A DNA stretch of 64,000 bases. It comes from Sarea resinae. Lineage: Eukaryota. The notes under the pieces are model-generated. The model was given only the letters and a program-made list of their open reading frames with translations, was not told where the DNA came from and made no database searches. Shown here piece by piece: positions 25,601-38,818 of this stretch. Numbering within the stretch: the first letter of the stretch is position 1; the number at the start of each line of letters is the position of its first letter. The DNA is taken from assembly GCA_026026165.1 (NCBI GenBank), contig JAPEUD010000002.1:186001-250000 (forward strand), given 5' to 3'. The translations under genes and the position numbers were made by a program.

Positions 25601-26845
25601 ATAGTTTGTATCTCTTGCGCTAGCACTACCTTCTTTTAGACCTTGCTAATTTCTAAGAAGTCCTACACAAGGGCCTTCTTATAATTATAAAGCATTACAG
25701 TAAGCATCTCTTTCTCTTAATCTAATATGCTGTCTCCTACAACTATTATCTCTAATCTTTTAGGTGTAATACAAGATCTCTTTTACAACTTTAAAAACTT
25801 TAGAATTAGCAACGTGTTAAAGTCTTCTTCTAGACAGTCTAGGTCTTTTTTGTGTAACGTTCTGTAGTTTAACGTGTCTTTCTCTTCTAACTCTCTTTTC
25901 TAGTCTTTTACTCCTCTAGGCTTGCTACTATCTAACACTAAAGTGTTAACTAGTCTAACTTTATCTCTCTTTTTCTTATACATTGTATAGATATAGGCTA
26001 AGTTAACATTTCCTTTCAGATTTAACTCTAGATTAAGCATCCTCTTAGAAAACTAGTAAGTTTCTCCTTAACCTATGTGTAACGCTTTAAACTCCTTAAC
26101 TAAATCATTATTCTTCTAGTCTGTCCTAGAGAAATCCCTAGCCTTATTATCTAGTTTCTATCTGTCTTTTTCTTCTAAGCCTTGCTGTGTTAGTCTTATA
26201 GTTATAGCAAACACCTGCTTAGGATAGCGTCTGCTATCTAGTTTAAACAGTTCTAGCTAGAGAACATATTAGTATGCCTCTTATTAGACAAACTTCCTAC
26301 CTATGCTGCACTAAACATCTTTAAATAATGTTAGTCCTCTAAGAACACAGTGTATATTGTTATTCTGTTATCCTATACCTTAGTGTGTATACAAGCAGCA
26401 ATCTAATACAGTTAACTAAGGATAAGCAGTTAATCTAGTTAAGTAGTGATAAAAATAGGTACCTTGCTAGTAATACCTCTAATATCGACTTTAATATCTT
26501 TAGCGCATCCTATAAATAGTGCTGGCTTTCCTTTAATGCTAATTATTGTAGTAGCTAGTTAAGGAGTCTAACTTAGCCTAAGATTCTTTGCTGTTAATAG
26601 ACTTATTAGATATATCTTAGCACTACTATCTAATAGTCCTCTTATTCTCCTTTTTCCTTTAATGCTCACTTCTACTATTATACACCTAGCAGCATATAAC
26701 GTGGAATTTAGTATTTCTTTATCAGTATAATTATTGCTTTCTATCTTTCTAACTATTACTAGGCGATCTATATTATACTGTCTAGCTGCGAGATAGCCTT
26801 CTAACCTTCTGCCTAAAGGGTACAACTTATCTCTAAGGTTCTTAA
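22655..26845 (-). pseudogene. pol: Gypsy B pol (protease, RT, RNase H, integrase), heavily RIP'd
   Basis: Protease-like LLDS(G)A(E)I near 26630. Minus-strand sequence is collinear with pol A (e.g. VKKKS(G)KY, NLLPLVEEFS(E)EFA, integrase SVAKFL region). Confidence 0.9.
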
Positions 26846-27290
26846 AGAAAAGCTAGGCTGTCTACTTAGGTTTAGGTACTCAGCCTAAATTAAGGTTTAG
26901 GCAGGTTAGCCCGCCTGATTACATAATCGGGTTGGGTTTAGGCGGGCTCAATTGGCTGTAGGGCCTACAGCCTACCTATTAAGTATATGCAGGTTGATTA
27001 ATAAGATAAGGAGTAGATTAATAAGATAAGATTATTGAAAGGTAACATATAGAGGTAACATCTAGAGGGTAAATGCGATAAAACTATAGGAATTGTAGAA
27101 TAAGAATAATAGTATAATAATACACTCTATATGTTTAGTTTATAGTGTCCTACATAATCTACACTATATAAAAACCACTAAATCATCCTCTAAACCTTTA
27201 TAATGTAGCATGTTTTACTAGAACTAATTCTACTCTAACAGAGACAAATATATGCTGTAGCACATACAAAGCAAACTACTACAGGTGTAA

Positions 27291-30118
27291 CTATTCACGC
27301 AATTGAGAAGGAAATAGACTAGTTCTAGAAGAGAGCCTCTGTGCCTTTGACCTAACAAATAAATTATCTACAGTTAAACGCAGGCGCTTTCTTTAAGACA
27401 ATATAGATTGAGCGTTGTTGTGCCTAGAGCGTTAAAGCAAAGACTGCTGCTGTAAAGCAGGTTTATCTAGCTGCACTATAGGTAGAGGTAGAAGTAGTAA
27501 AGAGTGCTTATCACTAGAAAACCTATACAGGTCTGTGTTATCCTGTATCGCAGGCCTACTATTGATTAAGGTTAGCTTATTATTATCACTAATAACAAGT
27601 AAATAATCATCAAATTCAGCTGATAGCGTGTGTTAATAATTAGTGTCCTTAGAAATACTGTCAGATTTATCTTCACCTATATAGAAGCAGAGTTTATCGC
27701 GATTAAAGTGCTTTACAACTATAGTGTTCTGAACTGTTTCTGCTAAAAGGCGACTTTAATAAAAGGTAATAAGGTCTTATGCCTTATTAAAAGTCTGTTC
27801 AACACTAATAGCAGCTCTAGGTATAGCAAGAATGTCTTTTGCTATTTGTTTAAGCGAGGGCTAGTAGTGTGATCGCCAGAACTAGTAGAATGTTAGCACC
27901 TGCACACAGAAATGTTACCTGAAAGTGTTACCTGCAAAGGATCCTTGTAATCTGTAGCTAGCGAAGATAGATACTGACTGACTAGATCTGTAACAAAGCG
28001 ATGTTGTTTCTGAAGCGTCTTAGCCTATGCAAGTGAATTGACATCTAATGCTGATATAAGGAGTGCAGCAACATCTAAGGAGGCAACTTTAGTTCTTGCA
28101 TAATGCAACTGATAATAGTCCTTAAATTCGCGCCGGTACTTTCGCAAATATTCATGGCCCTAGTTATTAGACTTCTTAGCTATTAGCAAAACATTCCTAG
28201 AGGATAAGGTAAAGGTAATAGATTTAGGTAACATACTTTATATAGATTAAGCCTTGTTAAGGGATTAAGGATGCATGCTAAATTAAACATTCTCCTCTGT
28301 ACTCCTTTAGTATCTTAGTAGTACTTAGAGAGCTTAGTCTTTGCTGCTTCTATAGCAGAAGTAAGCTCTTGTTTCTAAGGTGTCTGCTTAAGCCGTATCT
28401 TGTTTAGATGCTTCTCTAAGTGCTTAAAAATCTGAGAGTATACAAACTAGGTCTTGTAGATAGTTACGCCTTTAGTCTAAGACACAGCTCTTGTCTAATC
28501 ATTAAATAGCTTTAGTAAGACAATTAGATAGCGAATATAGTCCTAACTAGTAGGAGAGACACGAGTTCTGCGTATAGCAGGACTAGTTTCGCTAATAAGA
28601 AACATCTAAAGGGCATCTCGCAGCTGCTAGGCCTGCTTCAGCATATTATATGTTGAGTTCTATTAAGTTTTAACATCTTAGATCATATTGACTAGCGTTA
28701 GCTACAGATCACAAAAGCGCGTAGTTCGCTGTGATAAAGCAGCAATATAGACAGCAAGTGCACAAATCTAGAAACTTTAGAGGTAGTAATAGACAAGGGT
28801 TGTTAGCACTTACCTTTTGCAACGTGCTGCTAAAAGAGTCTTTAGAAGGAAGCTGCTAAAGCAGCTCTTAGTCTGTATCTAACTAGGTATCTTGTATAGA
28901 CTTGTTTAAAGCAGTAATTTTTAGGCACTTATTAAAAGCCACGACTGCAAGCTGAATAACATGCGTAAGGCAAGGCATATAAGCAACCTTATAATCCTAT
29001 ACAATCTAATAGTGATTAGCGAGTAGACTTGTTAGCTCTTAACGCATTGTGTTGTTATTGCCTGCGTTATCTGTTGTCACAGCTAGTATGCAATCCTACA
29101 ATGTAATGTTACCTAAAAGCGTTACTATAAACATTAAAGACAAACCTAAATGTTGAAACACTAAAGTCGATTAAGTAGTAACGTAGCTATGTTGCGACTA
29201 GAGTGCTCTCTAGTTATCTTTTCAAACCCTAGGAGGACTTCCTAGTAATTCTAGTCTTTGTCAATAAAATACCCTATTATAGAAAGAAAGGATATCTTAT
29301 TTAGACTCTGCTATACATCTAGTGCGATAGAAATTTTGGTTTCTAGGCCTAGTCTCTGCAGGATCCTTAGTAAGATCTCTGTATATCGATTATAAATGTT
29401 ATTATAAACCTATTGTCGCCCTAGAATTCGAAGGCCTAGCTAGCAAAGGAGGAAGCATTGTTTAAACCAGTGGTTTTCTATGATCTGCTATAGAAGATTT
29501 GCTGATAGAATTATCTTAAGGAAGAGGCGTTGCTAGCTTAACTAAGAGAATAGCTCTAAGGTTTAGAGAGTCTTTAGTGCTAAAGCACGTTGCTAGCATT
29601 AAGGATAGAGGTATTAGTTAAGAGATCTATTACATATAGCGATATCTTACTGTAGTCTAAAGAGCCTTAAGTGTGCGCATTGTGCCTGCTGTAAGAGACT
29701 AAGCACACTCTAGAGAGCTATAGTGCTGTTTTATTGCAGAAGTGCCTGTCCCTTTAAGACTAGGATGCTCTTGCTAACGTCTGCATTGTCGACATATTAC
29801 CCCTAGGCGGCTAGTTGCAACATTAGTAACTTAGTAGAAGAGAGACTAGGTTGTGCTTTTCCGCGTCCTAGAATCCTATTAAGGGCTTCTATGTTGACCT
29901 ATATCTGCATAAGCAGTCTGCTGCCACTAGAAGATAAAAGTATCATGATATAATTGCTGCTAGATAACTATTCGCTGTGTAGGATCCCTCTGTAACACCT
30001 CTAGAACATAGTGAATCGAAGCTGAAGTAATAGTCGTAGGTTTAGACTTAATAGCTGTAGACCTTTGTGTACTATCCCTAAGTTCCTTATAGTCTGATGT
30101 TTCAAACGAATTAGATAT
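27291..30118 (-). pseudogene. hAT transposase, copy 2
   Basis: Collinear with 13511-16338 (offset 13780). Start codon mutated to ATA. Confidence 0.88.
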
Positions 30119-30504
30119 TGTAAAGGAGAAATTTGCAGCGATAAGAAAGTGCAGAAGGCCTTAGAACGTACAGCAGAGTGAAGAGGTAGGAAGTGCCCTT
30201 AACTAGAGAAGTATTTGCTTAAATGTTGACATTAAAGGTTGCTAGGTTTAGCATAACTAAACAAACACAGCAGAGAGACTATAGAGAGAGTAATACAATA
30301 CAGCTGTCTACTAGAGTCATTAGGAGAGAGTTTATGCAGCTAAAATTTGATTAAGAGAATGTGCATTCCTAACGTGATTAATGTACGCAATGTTACTAGT
30401 AAGTGTTACCTTTTTAGTAAACTAAATTCTAGAGAAAAAGTGAAAATCCACCCCTAGGCAGACACAGACTAATAAAGAAAAGCCACTTAGCTATAACTGC
30501 CTCT

Positions 30505-32391
30505 CTACTTATCGCTATCCCTAGCAGCACTAGAACTAGAGTCCTCCTCTTTAGCATTGTTAGCAGAGTTATCCTTACTCTCCTCTACATTAACAGGAAC
30601 ATTCTCAGCCGTTGCTAGCAGAGGCTCCCCTATAGCAGACCTAGCAATAGCAGATTCCTCTCTTTCAAGTCCTTCACAAATGTCCTCTCCTTTAGGAATG
30701 TCCTTTAGCTGAGTTTTCTCTCCTATAGTCGGCAGCACAAAGTCCTTCTTATCACTTGACATTAGGTCAATATCCTTATCAGATGACAGAAATACTTCTG
30801 CTTCTAAATTGCTAAACCTAGCAAAATTAGTCCTAGCCTCTGTGTCACTGTTAGAGAGGGTCGCATAGTCCTTAACCCGCTCTACAAACTCTAACATCGC
30901 TTCCTTTAGATTAAGATCACTAGCTTCCACTAGGTCATTGTAGCTATAGCAGTAGATATCTCTCTTATAGCGGCGAACCACTTTTAGCAAGCGACTTCTA
31001 ATGCGTTTGCCCTATGCTCTAAATGACAAGTCAGGCTTATCTGGATTTTCTCTCTGCTAAGCTAGTTAGACAGATGCTGCAAAGAAATGTTACCTAAAAG
31101 TGTTACCTTAGGATTAGCGCTACTATTAGGTTAGCTATCTCTATTGTCTTTAAGTAGCAAGATATTAACAACATCCTTAACTGTCTGCTTGTCGTCCTTA
31201 GCCTTTGCTTTCTCTGCCTTAATAGCCTTTTACTGCTGTATAGTAACCTACTTAGCAGACTAGTAGAGGAAAAAGCGTCGTTCTATTAGTTTGTCTATTT
31301 TAGGGTCTACAACAGTCTCCTTAAAGTCTTGTTGTTTTGCTGTTGTTATACTAGCGTAACTATTCTCACGACAGAGTTTGCCTCTTAGGGTAGATTTCGC
31401 TTTCCTATCTACTCTATCTGCTTTTTTCAGTGTCTTCTTAAACTTAGTATCGCTGAGTTTGCTATCTAGCTCTAACTCTAATGCTTTAGACTTCGCTTCT
31501 TTAAGCTGCGCTCTAGCGATCTGTTGTTGTTTGCTGTAGGGAATCATCCTAGGCCTTATCTTACTAGCATAATGTCTTTGTAGACAGGCTTTCACACGTT
31601 CGACTAGGCTAGCTATCTCTAGGTCGAATATTCCCTTAGAGTGAGAGGAAGTTGTAGGGGTTGCACTGTAAGTTGCACTAATATCAGTCACTAGCAAATA
31701 ATGTTACCTGAATATGTTACCTTAGATGTCTCTTCCTTAGAGCAGGAGAGTCTAAGCTCTCTAGCTTATTATTAAGGTTAATCTCCTTCTGCTTCTGTCC
31801 CTTAGATATAGTCCTATTAGTTTATTAGCTTTGTGTTTAGAAGTGTTACTAGGATGTGTTACTGCTTCTGCTTCTTATAAGCCTTTCCTACTTTGTCTGA
31901 AAACTTTGCTTTTCTAACCTTGTCTGAGAAATTTGCTTTTGTCTTCTTAACAACAGAGACTATCTCAACTTTATCGCTGCTGTTATCACTAGAGTAGCAC
32001 TGTCAGCAGATATCTACAGAATGTGTTACCTAAATGCATTACCTAGCCTCACTATCTGTCTTCTTATTACTACTTCTTTTCTGACTGCTGCTACTATGCA
32101 AGGAATTGTTTATAACCCTATCCTTAAGATCTATAGGCAGTTAGTTATTGTCTTTATGTTCTTCTATATCTAGACTTAGCGTAGTTGTGCTAGATTTAGC
32201 TCTCTTAAGCTTTTGCTGTTTCCTAAACTAATGTGAGCCTTCTGTAGTACTATTGTTACCTTAATGTGTTACCCTTAGCTCTAAGCTGCTAGTAGGCTAT
32301 GATTTCTAGGAAGAAGTAAGTTTTACCTCACTTTTATCTCACTTAGAAGTCTATAACTCACCTCTTCTTTATGATAACAGTTTTCTCTATA
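30505..32391 (-). pseudogene. hAT cargo ORF2, copy 2
   Basis: Track ORFs 30505-30990 and 31260-31697 match 16725-17183 and 17324-17890. Confidence 0.6.
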
Positions 32392-33250
32392 GCTGCCTTG
32401 TCTTAAGAGGAGCTTGTAGGAGATGTAAGTGATTTAGAGAGTAATTAGCTAGCTATCTTATCACTTTCTACTGCCTAAACAGTTAGAGAGTTGATAGGAT
32501 TAATGAAATTAATGAAATCTTAATGATGTTAATAATAGAAGTGATGAAATTAGAGAGAAAGAGCAACCCTCCTGCTATAGGAGAAGGTTGCTAATGATGT
32601 AGGTAGTAAGGTTGAATTGCGTAGTAGATTTAGGCACGCAAGATTCAGGCAGAAGGTACGTACCTTATTAAACAGTCAATAACATTCACTGCAAGGTACG
32701 TACCTTATTAAACAGTTAATAACATTCACTGCAAGGTACGTACCTTATTGACCAGCTAATAACACTGACTAAGGTACGTACCTTGCAGTGAATGTTTACC
32801 TTAATATTATATAGGTCTACTACTTAATTCAACCTTACCACCTACATTATCAGCAACCTTCTCCTATAGCAGGAGGATTGCTCTCTCTTATCAACTTTGT
32901 CACTTCTGTTATCAAACTAATAAGACTTGATAAACTTTATCACTTCTGTTATCAGCATCATTAAGATTTCTCTCTTAGTGCTCTTTAAGTTTTAAGGTTA
33001 AGGTGAGTTTTAGAACTACTGCTTAATAGTAACACATTTAGGTAACATTTAAGACTGCAAAGGCACTCAGCTAATTATTCCTAACTACAGATAACTCTCT
33101 AGATTCTTTCTTTAATACTAACTAAAGATTCTCCTTTAGCACTCTCTACACTACACTCTCACTCTCTTAACATAATTATAGTCACTAATACAGTAAGTTA
33201 TTCTTTCCTGCCTCTACTAGTAACACTTAATAGTAACATTTTACTAGACA

Positions 33251-33983
33251 ATAGCTTGTACTAAGCGTACCGCCTGCAAGACTGTCCCTAGTACTAGTAG
33301 GAAAGGAAAAGGAAAAGGCAAGGGAATGTCTGCTGCTAAGGCTTATCGTGTTACTAGTAGCAAATCCCTACGCAAGAACTTAGCTAGCATAGCAGCACGT
33401 AAAGGTCGTCTTGCTACTAGACAACGCTTCACTACTAGCACATATGCTGAACGCTAAAAGGCCTACAAAGATGCTATAAAAGCATAGGTTTGTAAGGATA
33501 CTGCCTTTTGTGGTTGTAGTAAGGTTTATAGTGTGCCTAAACTAATCTAACCCTGTCGCACTCGTCTAGGCAGTAAGTCTTAGTCTCTAAACTCTAAGGG
33601 TAACACATTATAGTAACATTTGAACACCACAGCATCCGCACTCTGTGAAATTAAGAGATTATAAAAATCTGTTGATTTAGTCATTCTAAAGCTCTCTTTC
33701 TAGCGCCTGGTCCGCAAGGTTACATCTTATCACCGCTACCTCTCTAGAGAGCTCTGTTTTTAGTCATTAGCTATGTATGCCTTGCAAGAAGCCACTAAGG
33801 CTTTCATAGTTAGGTTCTTTAAAAGTGAGTTTTTCTATCTCTTCTTCTATCCTATACTTAATTTTTCTAGATGTGCTTTAGGCCTGCATTTATCGGAACT
33901 GTGTGACTATTAATCACAAAGACACTTAGTTTATTAAGGCTTTAATAAAGGGCTTTAGTATCTAGATCTCTAGTGACACATAG
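33251..33983 (+). pseudogene. Histone H3-like gene, copy 2 (ATG mutated to ATA)
   Basis: Collinear with 19444-20176. Keeps some ancestral codons lost in copy 1 (e.g. LVR, RN, QRF). Confidence 0.9.
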
Positions 33984-34437
33984 GTTAAGTTTCTATAGCA
34001 TTAGCTCTAAGGTTTTACTAGTCCTAGTGGCGCAATTAGGGATGCAATTAGAGATGCAGTTAGGGATACAATCAGGGCTTTTCTAGTCTTCTAGTCACAG
34101 GTTATAGGAAGTCATAAGAGGCTTATAGTTTTTCTCTGCCTTTTAGCATTTTCAGTCTTTACTTTACTTAGTCTACAATAAAGACTTAATAGACTTAGTA
34201 ACACATATAGGTAACATTTGTAGGGTAATAGCGGCTTTTTAATGCTCTGTGAAACATGCCCTGCAATCTATGCTATTTTAGCTACTATCTTTATGTCACG
34301 TGACAGGTACCTACGCCTACCTACTAGGTCCTATCAGGCAGGTTGATTAGGGCATAGGTACTTGATACCTATGCCTAGGCAGGTTCTTCTACCCCTACCC
34401 GCCTAGTAGGTACCTAAGTAGACACTCTAAGAAAAGC

Positions 34438-36700
34438 TTCTAAACTTTAGGCGCATTTAAAAGAAGATCCTTTACTATAACGTAGTTAAGCTGCTAATCT
34501 AGTATTATATCTATAATAGAAGCAAGGTTAGCGTCTTCTCTAAGGTAATTAGATAATTAGCATTGATAAGCCTTTTGCTAATGTGTTTCTTCTACCTTAT
34601 CTATTAGCTCTAGCTTAGCAAACTCTACTCTCTTCTTAGAACTGCTAGCTAGACTAGGATATTACAGAGGCTGTTCTTTATAACAGACTATATCTCTCTT
34701 CTTAAGAACACAACTGCTCTAGTACGTCCTAGGGCAGATGTTCTTAGCTGCAGGCAACTTTTCTTCCTTCTAAATTCGCCTCTTATAGACTCTAGCATCT
34801 AGGTCTTATACAGGTTTCTATGTAGCAGAGTTAGATCCTTACCTAAGGATCCTCTTAGGTTGTCTTACTAAATAGACATTTGATTAGTTATAGTTATTAG
34901 CTTCTACATCTATGTTATCTAGCTTAAGATCTGCTGCACAAATAGAAACTAACTCTTACTAAGTTAACCCTTAAACTAAGGCTTAGTTGCTCTTTCCTTT
35001 TATTATACATCCTTTTCTATTCTCTATTAGTAAACAAGGCTTAATATTTGCTAGGAGGAATATGCAACTCTGCTCTACCTTGTCCTTTAGGACCCTAACA
35101 CATTTAACAACGTTTGTTAAAATAAATCTTTCTACTTATAAAGAGCTGCTGTATTAGCAGGCAATTAGCGAATCTATAGCGCTAGTCACTGCATCTAAAA
35201 CATCTAGTCAATTAAGCATAGTTTGTATTGCGAGCTAGATCTGCTCTATTATTCTGCTAGCTAGTCTAGTAGTTTAGTGCGCTTGTGACTTTTAGGGCAG
35301 AAGATAGTATCTAAGTAAAGAGCTTAGCAGTGTTTACAGCACTTGCTATAACTGCCTTAATTAGAATTATTAAGCTAGCTAACCTATCTGCTAATTTGTC
35401 TATAACCTTATTAACCTTCTTACTTGCTGTTCTTTCTATATAATCTTATATAACTAGAGGTTAGAGTAGCTCTACTATAGCAGCCTTTAGAGCTAGGTGC
35501 TGTCTCTTAATTAAGGTCTTTACTATCTTTATTAGCTTTGTCTTATTCAGCTTCTACAGTGCCTATATAGATTGATATTGCTTAATAGCAATGTTAAAGA
35601 TCTTCTTAAAGTTAATATTAGTAGGGTTGTAATTGTCTAGGTTAATATAGCCTCGCGTGATAACTTTGACTTAGATCTCTTAGAGAAGGCCTTAGAGGAA
35701 CTATAACATACAAGTATAGGTATTAAGCTTGTTTTTCTAGCATAGAGTTTAAGAGATGCTCTAGAACTAACAACAATATTAACAGATCTCCTTTGCATTT
35801 AAATAGAGTTTCTCTTTAAAGGCTTTAAGGTAAGTTTAAGAGTTGATTTGCTGCTCTACATCCTAATTAGAGTAGTCTTTTAGCAGCGATTTCTTAAACT
35901 CATCCTAATCTACAAGATACTCTAGTATAGTCTTAATACTGTAAGACATAATACTCTTATAATAACGTAGGAGCTGCTTAAACATCTCTGTTTAGTTAAG
36001 CTAGTAATTCTTACACAGTTCTTTATATCTCTTAAAGAACTCTATAGCGTTTACCCTGTTAAAATATAGTACGCTATAGGTCCTAAGAGACAGTATAGGA
36101 GTAAGATAATATATAGTAGGTAGGAATGCAGTGCTAGCAGCTATTATAGGTAGTGTTAGTAATTCTAGTGAATTGTCTCCTAAAAAGTGCAGAGAGGAAC
36201 GCGTTTGCATAGCAGTAACAATCGCAGCTGCAACAGAGTTTGCTGTTTCTTAAATAATTGCTTAAACAAATCGTGTTAACTTATAAAGGCACTTGTCTTA
36301 TTTGCTGCTTTTAACTTTCTTATGTTTAGACCTTGTCTTACTCTTGCTAATCTACTTATCTCTAGTAGCGCCTTAAACATCCCTTAGCGCACTCTTTAAT
36401 GCATAATAAAGCTGTTTCTTCTGTCTATTCTCTCTATATACTGTGTAATAAACTGCCTTATCGCTGAATAAACTGTAAGCTGTTAAGGATCGCCTCTAAC
36501 CTCCTTAGATAAATAGCTGCTGCCTAACTATTTTAACAATAAGATCTAGCTAGTCTAGTAGAATTTTTTGTTGTGTAATCTCTAAACTTTATGTCTTTGT
36601 TTCTAAATTCTTTTAGAGTCTCTACAATCCCTACTTTCTTATCTCTCTTATATTGTGCTAACCTTTTAGAGTCTTAATTGTACAGGCTAGGTTTTGTACT
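34438..36700 (-). pseudogene. gag: Gypsy B gag region
   Basis: CCHC knuckle C-F-x-C-S-D-x-R-(H)-R-F-A-N-C at ~35160-35205. YFN(G)VNA.EFF(E)RY(E)ELC segment of the type seen in fungal Gypsy gag. Lies between the 5' LTR/PBS and pol. 5' end approximate. Confidence 0.75.
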
Positions 36701-36787
36701 AGCCTTGCAGATCTAGCCACCCTTCTATATATCTTTTAAGCAGTGTTTATACTTATCTGCAAAGCACTTTCTAGTTAAATCTATGTT

Positions 36788-36811
36788 GTTTAAGCCCTAT
36801 ATAGGTCACTA
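36788..36811 (-). other. Putative primer-binding site of Gypsy B
   Basis: One base from the 5' LTR. The plus strand GTTTAAGCCCTATATAGGTCACTA reverts by RIP-type changes to a tRNA-3'-end-like GTTCGAGCCC....GGTCACCA. Confidence 0.6.
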
Positions 36812-36812
36812 A

Positions 36813-37201
36813 TATAAGGGATCAAACTAGATCGCACTAGATAAGTGCTAGACAGTCCTAAAGATACTAGAACTGCTAAATTGTAATAGCACTGCTATGC
36901 TTAATAGTTGTTAAGTGTGTCACTATCTTAGGTCTCTCTACTAATATATCTTAAAGAACTTAAATAGGCAGCAGAATAAGCGTATCAATTAATAGGAGCT
37001 ATTAGCCTATAGCCTAGTAACTAAGCGATAAGAAGAAGAGAAGAAAACTAACGCGCTAACTGCTTGCTTAACTAAATGCTAGAAAACTAATAACTAAATA
37101 CATGCTTAAAGAACTAATAATACCTCTTTTTAAACCCCTAAGGAACACAACCCTACTACTAACACCTAATAACTAAGCTATTACTAGTTTACTCTATTAC
37201 A
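36813..37201 (-). repeat. 5' LTR of Gypsy B
   Basis: Direct repeat of 10201-10589, same length (389 bp). Confidence 0.92.
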
Positions 37202-38818
37202 CTATCTATTAGACCTAGTTTATATACTCTTAGATTTTTAAGCACTTAGAGAAGCATCTAAATAAGATGCAGCCTAAGCAGACACCTTAGAAATAAGAGC
37301 TTACTTCTACTATAGAAGTAGTAAAGACTAAGCTCTCTAAGTACTACTAAGATACTAAAGAAGTATAAGAGAGAATGTTTAATTTAGCATGTATCTTTAA
37401 TCTCTTAATAAGGCTTAATCTATATAAAGTATATTACTTAAATCTATTACCTTTACCTTATTCTCTAGGAATGTTTTGCTAATAGCTAAGAAGTCTAATA
37501 ACTAGGGCTATAAATATTTGCGAAAGTACTAGCGCGAATTTAAGGACTATTATTAGTTGCATTATATAAGAACTAAAGTTACCTCTTTAGATATTACTAC
37601 ACTCCTTATATTAGTATTAGATATTAATTCACTTATATAAGCTAAGACGCTTTAGAAACAATATCGCTTTATTATAGATCTAGTTAGTTAGTATCTATCT
37701 TTACTAGCTACAGATTATAAGGATCCTTTATAGGTAACACTTTTAGGTAACATTTCTATATGTAGGTGCTAATATTCTACTAGTTCTAGCGATTACACTA
37801 CTAGCTCTTGCTTAAACAAATAGCAAAAGATATTCTTACTATATCTAGAGCTGCTATTAGTGTTAAACAGACTTTTAATAAGGTATAAAACCTTATTACC
37901 TTTTATTAAAGTCGCTTTTTAATAGAAATAGTTTAGAACACTATAGTTATAAAGCACTTTAATTGCGATAAACTCTGCTTCTATATAGGTAAAGATAAAT
38001 CTAACAGTATTTCTAAGGACACTAATTATTAACACATGCTATTAGCTGAATTTAATAATTATTTACTTATTATTAGTAATAATAATAAGCTAACCTTAGT
38101 TAATAGTAGGCCTATAATATAGGATAACATAGACCTATATAGGTTTTCTAGTAATAAGCACTCTTTACTACTTCTACCTCTACTTATAGTGCAGCTAGAT
38201 AAACCTGCTTTATAGCAGCAGTCTTTGCTTTAACACTCTAGGTATAACAATGCTTAATCTATATTGTCTTAAAGAAAGCGCCTGCGTTTAACTATAGATA
38301 ATTTATTTATTAGGTTAAAGGTATAGAGGCTCTCTTCTAGAACTAGTCTATTTCCTTCTTAATTATGTGAATAGTTACACCTATAGTAGTTTGCTTTGTA
38401 TATACTACAGCATATATTTATCTCTATTAGAGTAGAATTAGTTCTAGTAAAACATACTATATTATAAAGGTTTAGAGAATAATTTAGTGGTTTTTATATA
38501 GTGTAGATTATATAGGACACTATAAACTAAATATATAGAGTGTATTATTATACTATTATTTTTATTCTATAATTCCTATAGTTTTATTGCATTTACTCTT
38601 TAGATATTACCTCTATATTATATATATTACCTTTTAATAATCTTATCTTATTAATCTACTCTTTATCTTATTAATCAACCTATATATACCTAATAGGTAG
38701 GCTATAGGCCTTATAGCTAATTAAGCCTGCCTAAACCTAACCTAATTATATAATTAGGTAGGCTAACCTACCTAAACCTTAATTTAGGCTAAGTACCTAA
38801 ACCTAAGTAGATAGCCTA
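37202..38818 (+). mobile_element. hAT copy 3, terminal fragment (transposase 3' part and TIR)
   Basis: Continues exactly where 10200 stops. Reverse complement of 13074-14685. Ends CCTAAGTAGATAGCCTA (RIP'd TIR) at 38818. Confidence 0.9.

Larger units (their letters stand above)
26854..34429 (-). mobile_element. hAT DNA transposon, complete copy 2 (7576 bp), same orientation as copy 1
   Basis: Same TIRs (RIP'd). 8-bp TSD AGAAAAGC (26846-26853, 34430-34437). Collinear with copy 1 apart from transitions and a 27-bp in-frame indel in ORF2. Confidence 0.96.
10201..37201 (-). mobile_element. Full-length Ty3/Gypsy element 'B', heavily RIP'd, containing two nested hAT insertions
   Basis: Two 389-bp direct repeats (10201-10589, 36813-37201). 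4-bp target duplication CTAT (10197-10200, 37202-37205). PPT next to 10590, PBS-like sequence next to 36812. gag-PR-RT-RH-IN on the minus strand. Confidence 0.93.
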
